Below are positions 59,374-64,000 of a stretch of DNA of 64,000 bases, piece by piece. The position numbers and the translations under genes were made by a program. Below the pieces are notes generated by a model. It did no database searches and was not told where the DNA came from. It saw only the letters and a program-made list of their open reading frames with translations. The stretch is from an uncultured Gemmatimonadales bacterium (GTDB lineage: Bacteria > Gemmatimonadota > Gemmatimonadetes > Longimicrobiales > RSA9). Location of the stretch: NCBI GenBank assembly GCA_963816355.1, contig CAWFKH010000003.1, forward strand, positions 1,472,001 through 1,536,000, given 5' to 3'. Every line of letters starts with the position of its first letter. The first letter of the stretch is position 1.

Positions 59374-60608
59374 CAGACGTCGTCGCGCCGCAACGGCATC
59401 GTCATGCAGCGCGAGCCGCCGCCGCCGCGCACGAGCTCGGCGCCGTCGAAGACGATCGCCGCCCTCTCGTCGTCCTCGACCGCGTCGTCGCCGGTGAGCA
59501 GGTCGATCGCGTCGACGACCCGATAGCCCGCCTCACGCTCCAGCTCGCGGTACGTCTGCTCGTTGCGGGAGTAGCCCAGGATCACGCCGGGCCGCACGGC
59601 GACGAAATTGCACCCGCTCGACCACTGCTCGCGCTCCTGATGCACGCGCCGGTGGCCGCCGCAGAAGATCGGCTCCAGCGGCATCCCGACCTCTCCAAAC
59701 GCGGCGAAGAGGTTCGGCATCTCGCGCATGCGTCCCTGCCCCGCGCGGTAGTGCAGCACGGCGCACCGGTCCGGCCCCACGAACATCGGAGGGAACACGA
59801 CGCAGTGCTCCCGATCGATCATCGTGAAGATCATGTCGAGGTGGATCATCGCGCGGTCGGTGGGGAGCACCACCAGGAGAATGTGCTCCATCCCGCGCTC
59901 CCGAAGTCGCTCCGCGAGGACGTCGAAGCCGGCCGGACTCGAACGCTGCGACAGCCCGATCATCACCACGTCCGGCCGCAGCACGTGCACATCGCCACCT
60001 TCCAGCGTGTAGCCCGCCCGCCGCTCCTCGCTGCCGTCGTAGATCAAGCCCCCGTTGCGCAGCTTCGGGTGGTAGGTGAAGAGCACCTTCATCAGGATCT
60101 CTTCCGTCCACCGCACCGTGTGGCGCATCGAGCCGATGATGCCGCCGTCCCCCACCACCATCCCCGCATCGCGCGTGAAGAAGAGGTTGGGCAGCGGCGG
60201 CAGATCGTAGCTCTCCAGGTTCAGCAGACGCTGCAGCGGACCCGGCTCCACCGGCTTCCCCTCGATGAACATCCCGACCAGATCCGCCGCCGAGATCTCC
60301 ATCAGGTGCCGCGCCAGCGGCTCCGACCGCGCCACGTCCATCACCCGCTCGATCAGGAACGGCCGCACCTCCGGCTCGTCCGCGATCTCCTCCAGCAGGT
60401 CCCGCACCTCGTGAACTTCCGCGAAACGCGCCAGGATCGACTTGAAGCGATGGTGCTCCCGCCCCGCCTGCTCCAGGTCGATGATGTCGTCGTAGAGGAA
60501 CTCCTCCCGGGTCACCGGCGTCACCGCCAGAAGCTCCGCCCCCGGCGTGTGGCACACCACCGAGCGCAGAGCCCCGATCTCCGACGTGACCCCCACTCCC
60601 CCGCTCAT
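59370..60608 (-). CDS. arcA: Arginine deiminase
   Basis: SEIGAL, PLPNLFFTRD, LEGGD, HLD, REQW, GGGSRCMTMPL. Confidence 0.93.
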   Translation of the reverse strand: MSGGVGVTSEIGALRSVVCHTPGAELLAVTPVTREEFLYDDIIDLEQAGREHHRFKSILARFAEVHEVRDLLEEIADEPEVRPFLIERVMDVARSEPLARHLMEISAADLVGMFIEGKPVEPGPLQRLLNLESYDLPPLPNLFFTRDAGMVVGDGGIIGSMRHTVRWTEEILMKVLFTYHPKLRNGGLIYDGSEERRAGYTLEGGDVHVLRPDVVMIGLSQRSSPAGFDVLAERLRERGMEHILLVVLPTDRAMIHLDMIFTMIDREHCVVFPPMFVGPDRCAVLHYRAGQGRMREMPNLFAAFGEVGMPLEPIFCGGHRRVHQEREQWSSGCNFVAVRPGVILGYSRNEQTYRELEREAGYRVVDAIDLLTGDDAVEDDERAAIVFDGAELVRGGGGSRCMTMPLRRDDVW

Positions 60609-61269
60609 CCCTCTCCGCCCTCCCCTTCCCGACCGCCATCCGACGAGCCACCGTTGTTCGCCAGCGCGAACGACAGACCCTCCAGCTCCACAGCCATGTT
60701 CACGTTCTTCAACGCCGTCCCCGGCGGCACGTCCAGCTTCGTCGGCGCGAAGTTCAGGATCCCGCGGATCCCCGCTGCCACCACACGCTCCACCAGCGGC
60801 TGCGCCGCCTGTGCAGGCACCGCCAGAATCACGATGTCGATCCGCCGCTCCTCCAGCACCCGCTCCAGGTCACGCACCGGCGTCACCTCGATCCCCTCCC
60901 ACCGCTTCCCGATCTTTGCCGGATCGTCGTCGAAGACCGCCCTCACGAAAAATCCCTGCCGCCGGAAATCCTCGTATCCCAGCAGCGCCGAGCCGATCCG
61001 CCCCGCCCCCACCACCGCCACCCGCCACGGTCGCTCCAAACCGAGAATCGACCGCAGCCGGTTCCGCAGCTCCCCCACCGAATACCCCATCCCCCGCTTC
61101 CCGAACGTGCCGAATACCGACAGGTCCTTGCGAACCTGCGCCGCCGTCGTCCCCCCCGACGCGCCAGCTCCCGGCTCGACACCGTCTTCGCCCCGCCTTC
61201 TGCCAGCTCTCCCAGCAACCGCAGATACAGCGAGAGCCGCTCGACCGTCGACTCCGACGCCTTCTTCAT
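60605..61269 (-). pseudogene. rex: Redox-sensing repressor Rex, frameshifted (one G short in a G7 tract at 61151-61157)
   Basis: MKKASESTVERLSLY...SSRELARR in one frame; TTAAQVRKDLSVFGTFGKRGMGY...VVGAGRIG...ILNFAP in another; adding one G joins them. Confidence 0.9.
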
Positions 61270-61289
61270 CCCCGCTCGTCCCGCGCCGT

Positions 61290-61338
61290 TTGTGAAACCA
61301 TTCACAATTAACGTACGCACCCGCCACTGCATCGTCAA
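61290..61338 (-). promoter_or_regulatory. rex promoter (TTGACG-17-TACGTT) with a perfect Rex operator
   Basis: TTGTGAA-ACCA-TTCACAA at 61290-61307, immediately downstream of the -10. Confidence 0.9.
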
Positions 61339-61340
61339 TC

Positions 61341-61420
61341 GACGCACGCACCTCCAATTCGCTCGCGCGCGACGCGTGCGCCTCCGAATCGCTCGCGCAC
61401 GACGCGAGTGCGTCCGACTC
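61341..61420. repeat. Degenerate 30-bp tandem repeat (about 2.7 copies)
   Basis: GACGC....CCTCC(A/G)A(T/A)TCGCTCGCGC period, just upstream of the rex -35. Confidence 0.7.
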
Positions 61421-61468
61421 CTTTGCGCTGACCCCGGGACGGCGATGCCGCGGCGGCGGGGAGCGGGC

Positions 61469-61540
61469 GGCGGCGCCGGGGATGCGCTCAGACGGCGGCG
61501 CCGCGGGTGCGCTCAGACGGCGGTGGCGCCGGGGATGCGG
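61469..61540. repeat. About 25-bp tandem duplication of the HK gene's stop region
   Basis: GGCGGCGCCG(G/C)GG(A/G)TGCGCTCAGAC repeated. Confidence 0.75.
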
Positions 61541-62442
61541 AGCTGGAGCGTGCGGGCTTCGGGGCCGGGGAGGAGGTCGAGCTCGCCGCCGATCTGGGTG
61601 GCGAGGCGGCGGACGATGCCGAGACGGAGGCTGGCGCGGCCGGAGTCGTCGTCGCCGTCGAGAGGGGGGGAGTCGGCCGGATCGGGGCCCGTGGCGGCGG
61701 GGCGAGGGTCGCGTGCGGAAGCGGGCGGAGAAGCGTACGCGCGGGCGTCGGGGCCGGCGAATTCGGCGATGGAGCGCGGGATGAAGGTGGATCGGGCGAA
61801 GCCCGTGCCGTGCACGTGGATCTCGAGCTCGCTCCCGGCGGTGATGCGGACGTCGACGTGGAGGGAGGAGCGAGGCGAGCCGCGCACGGCGGTGGCGAGC
61901 GCGAGGTCGATGAGCCATTCGAGGCGGCGGGGATCGGTTCGCAGGGTCACTTCGGCGGTGGGCCGCTCGACGGTGAGGCGGGCGCGGCGCTCGGCGGCGA
62001 GCTCGGTGGCGCGGCCGACGGCGGCGTCGAGGAGGGGGAGCAGCGGGACATCCTGGATGTCGAGGGTGGGCGGCTCTCCGGCGGGCCGGGCGAACTCGAC
62101 GGTGCCTGCGAGGAGCTGCTCGAGCTGGCGGGCGGCGTCGCCGATGCGGTGGAGAGGGTCGTAGAGGGCGGCGTCGACGGGGCCGTAGATGCCGTCGGCG
62201 ATGAGGTCGTGGTAGCCGACAATGGCGGAGAGGGGGGTGCGCAGGTCGTGGGCGAGGGCGGCGACGAAGCGACGCTCGGCGACCTCGGGCACGGAGCGCG
62301 CGGCGACGCGGTCCTGCTCTCGCCCCGCGCGGATCTCCGCCTCGAGGCGACGGATGACGCGGCGGTGGATGGCGATGCGGCGGGCGAGCAGGGCGCCGGT
62401 GACGAGGGCGAGCGAGACGAGGAGGAGGGGGACGGCCGCCAT
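61513..62442 (-). CDS. Membrane-anchored HisKA protein with degenerate ATPase domain
   Basis: H-box LAHDLRTPLSAIVGY intact; N, F and G2 boxes eroded. Confidence 0.75.
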   Translation of the reverse strand: MAAVPLLLVSLALVTGALLARRIAIHRRVIRRLEAEIRAGREQDRVAARSVPEVAERRFVAALAHDLRTPLSAIVGYHDLIADGIYGPVDAALYDPLHRIGDAARQLEQLLAGTVEFARPAGEPPTLDIQDVPLLPLLDAAVGRATELAAERRARLTVERPTAEVTLRTDPRRLEWLIDLALATAVRGSPRSSLHVDVRITAGSELEIHVHGTGFARSTFIPRSIAEFAGPDARAYASPPASARDPRPAATGPDPADSPPLDGDDDSGRASLRLGIVRRLATQIGGELDLLPGPEARTLQLRIPGATAV

Positions 62443-62444
62443 CG

Positions 62445-63830
62445 TCAGGCGCCGGCCGCGGGGAGGGGATGGAGGGTGGCGTCCTCGCGGCGGGCGGCGG
62501 CGCGGCCGGCGTCGACGTCGACGCGGGAGAGGATCACGATGCCGGCGATGAAGAAGACGACGATCGCCACGATGCCGAAGCGTCCGGAGCCGGTGATCTG
62601 GGATACGAGCCCGAAGAGGAGCGGCCCGAAGATACCGGAGAACTTATCGAAGACGCCGAAGAAGCTGAAGAACTCGGAGGACTTGTGTCTGGGGATCATG
62701 GTCGCGTAGAGGGAGCGGCTGAGCGACTGGGCGCCGCCCTGGACGGTGCCGACGGCGGCGGCGAGGACCCAGAAGTGCCATGCCTCGGAGAGGAAGTAGC
62801 CGGCGAGCGAGATGATCGTGTAGCCGACGAGGGTGATGTAGATGGCGCGGCGGTTGCCGATGCGGTCCGAGATCGCGCCGAAGAGGAAGGTGAACGGGAC
62901 GCCGATGAACTGGGTGAGCAAGAGCGCGCCGATGAGGTCGCTCTCGGCGATGCCGAGCGAGGTGCCGTAGACGGCGGCCATCTTGACGATGGTTCCGAGG
63001 CCGTCGCTGTAGAGCCAGAAGGCGGCGAGGAACTTGAACAGGTCGGGGTAGTTGCGCGCCTCGCGGAGCGTCTCGGCGAGGCGGGCGAAGCCGGCGGTGA
63101 ACGGGTTGATGCGCGGCGACTCGTCGCCTTCCAGCTCGCGCGGCGGCTCCGGCACGTCGCGCAGGAGCGGAATCGTGAAGAGCGCCCACCAGAGCGCCAC
63201 CATGACGAAGCTGGCGCGGCTTGCGGCGCCGGCATCCGCGAAGCCGAAGAGCGCCGGCTTCGAGATCATGACGGCGTTGGCGGCGAGGAGGAGGCCGCCG
63301 CCGATGTAGCCGACGGCCCAGCCGCCGGCGGAGACGCGGTCGATCTCCTGCTCGTCAGCGATGTGCGGGAGCAGCGAGTCGTAGAAGACGATCGAGCCGG
63401 TGAAGCCGATGTTGCCGCCCACGAAGAGGAGCGAGGCGAGCAGCCAGTCGCCGGAACGGACGAACCAGAGGAGGCCGGTCGACACGGCGCCGAGGAGCAT
63501 GAAGGCGGCGAGGAAGCGCTTCTTCGCGCCGAGGTAGTCGGCCATCGTCCCGAGGATCGGGGACACGACGGTGATGAGCAGGAGCCCGAGCGCCGTGGTG
63601 TAGCCCCAGTACGCCTGTCCGAGGTTCGGCGCGAACGTCGCGGCCGCCACGCGCACGTAGTAGATCGGCAGCACGACGGCCATGATCGTCGTCGCGAAAG
63701 CCGAGTTCGCCCAGTCGTAGAGGGCCCACGAGCGCAGGACGCGCCGGTGCAGCCCGAGCGCGGTCAGCAGGCGGCGCCGCACCCCGCCCGCGCTCGCGTC
63801 GGGCGGCGTCGTCGTGGCCGGCGGGCTCAC
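62445..63830 (-). CDS. MFS transporter (Atg22/UMF1-like)
   Basis: [37 protein letters not shown]. Confidence 0.92.
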   Translation of the reverse strand: MSPPATTTPPDASAGGVRRRLLTALGLHRRVLRSWALYDWANSAFATTIMAVVLPIYYVRVAAATFAPNLGQAYWGYTTALGLLLITVVSPILGTMADYLGAKKRFLAAFMLLGAVSTGLLWFVRSGDWLLASLLFVGGNIGFTGSIVFYDSLLPHIADEQEIDRVSAGGWAVGYIGGGLLLAANAVMISKPALFGFADAGAASRASFVMVALWWALFTIPLLRDVPEPPRELEGDESPRINPFTAGFARLAETLREARNYPDLFKFLAAFWLYSDGLGTIVKMAAVYGTSLGIAESDLIGALLLTQFIGVPFTFLFGAISDRIGNRRAIYITLVGYTIISLAGYFLSEAWHFWVLAAAVGTVQGGAQSLSRSLYATMIPRHKSSEFFSFFGVFDKFSGIFGPLLFGLVSQITGSGRFGIVAIVVFFIAGIVILSRVDVDAGRAAARREDATLHPLPAAGA

Positions 63831-64000
63831 CTTGCCCCGTCGCCGTTCAGGGCTGGGTCGCCGGGCGGTTCGCGATCCTCGCGCAGCGCGCGGATGGCGC
63901 GCAGGAGGCCGACGAACTCCTGGGGCGGCAGCGTCTCCGGCCGCCGCTCGAGATCGAGCCCGGTCGCCGCCTCGAGGCGCGCAATGCGTTCGTGGTCGAA
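63827..64000 (-). CDS. rsmA: C-terminus of probable 16S rRNA dimethyltransferase RsmA/KsgA (partial)
   Basis: GLDLERRPETLPPQEFVGL resembles the KsgA tail; stop overlaps the MFS GTG. Confidence 0.6.
   Translation of the reverse strand, partial: FDHERIARLEAATGLDLERRPETLPPQEFVGLLRAIRALREDREPPGDPALNGDGAR

Noticed and set aside
61341..61540. CRISPR-like repeats
   Set aside because: Repeats are contiguous, degenerate, under three copies, without unique spacers or cas genes.

Overview
Very GC-rich bacterial chromosomal window. The gene set (ADOP permeases with PadR, Minf_1886-type protein, LytTR pair) looks Gemmatimonadota/Acidobacteriota-like; this is inference only. Left to right: (i) an energy module: partial group 1 [NiFe]-hydrogenase large subunit, Tat-exported small subunit, a complete Thermus-type V/A-ATPase operon (G-I-K-E-C-F-A-B-D) and a Zn-ADH; (ii) an M1 aminopeptidase; (iii) a persulfide/thiol-stress cluster (DsrE2-like, TusA, CstB-like persulfide dioxygenase split from its double rhodanese, Trx, YceI, MhqR-like MarR with two visible operators); (iv) PlpD-like patatin, YvlD-like holin-family protein, an uncharacterised His-rich membrane protein, a receiver protein and lutABC; (v) an accessory-looking block (LytTR/LytS, two ADOP permeases, PQQ-repeat lipoprotein, PadR) ending at tRNA-Met(CAT); (vi) a minus-strand housekeeping run (amidohydrolase, Gfo, GMC, flippase-like, ftsB, eno, plsC, thiL, nnr, glyA, ldh, acd, hbd, CPBP, thiolase, MBL, DnaQ-like, arcA, frameshifted rex, degenerate HK, MFS, rsmA 3' end). 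The most notable non-coding signals are a shared tandem-box promoter architecture upstream of both the hydrogenase and V-ATPase operons, a perfect Rex box over a rex gene broken in a G7 homopolymer, MhqR-type and PadR operators, and several sigma54 promoters, one with paired enhancer boxes. No CRISPR array, integrase or transposase was seen. I cannot claim a definitively new system; the best candidates are given as findings.
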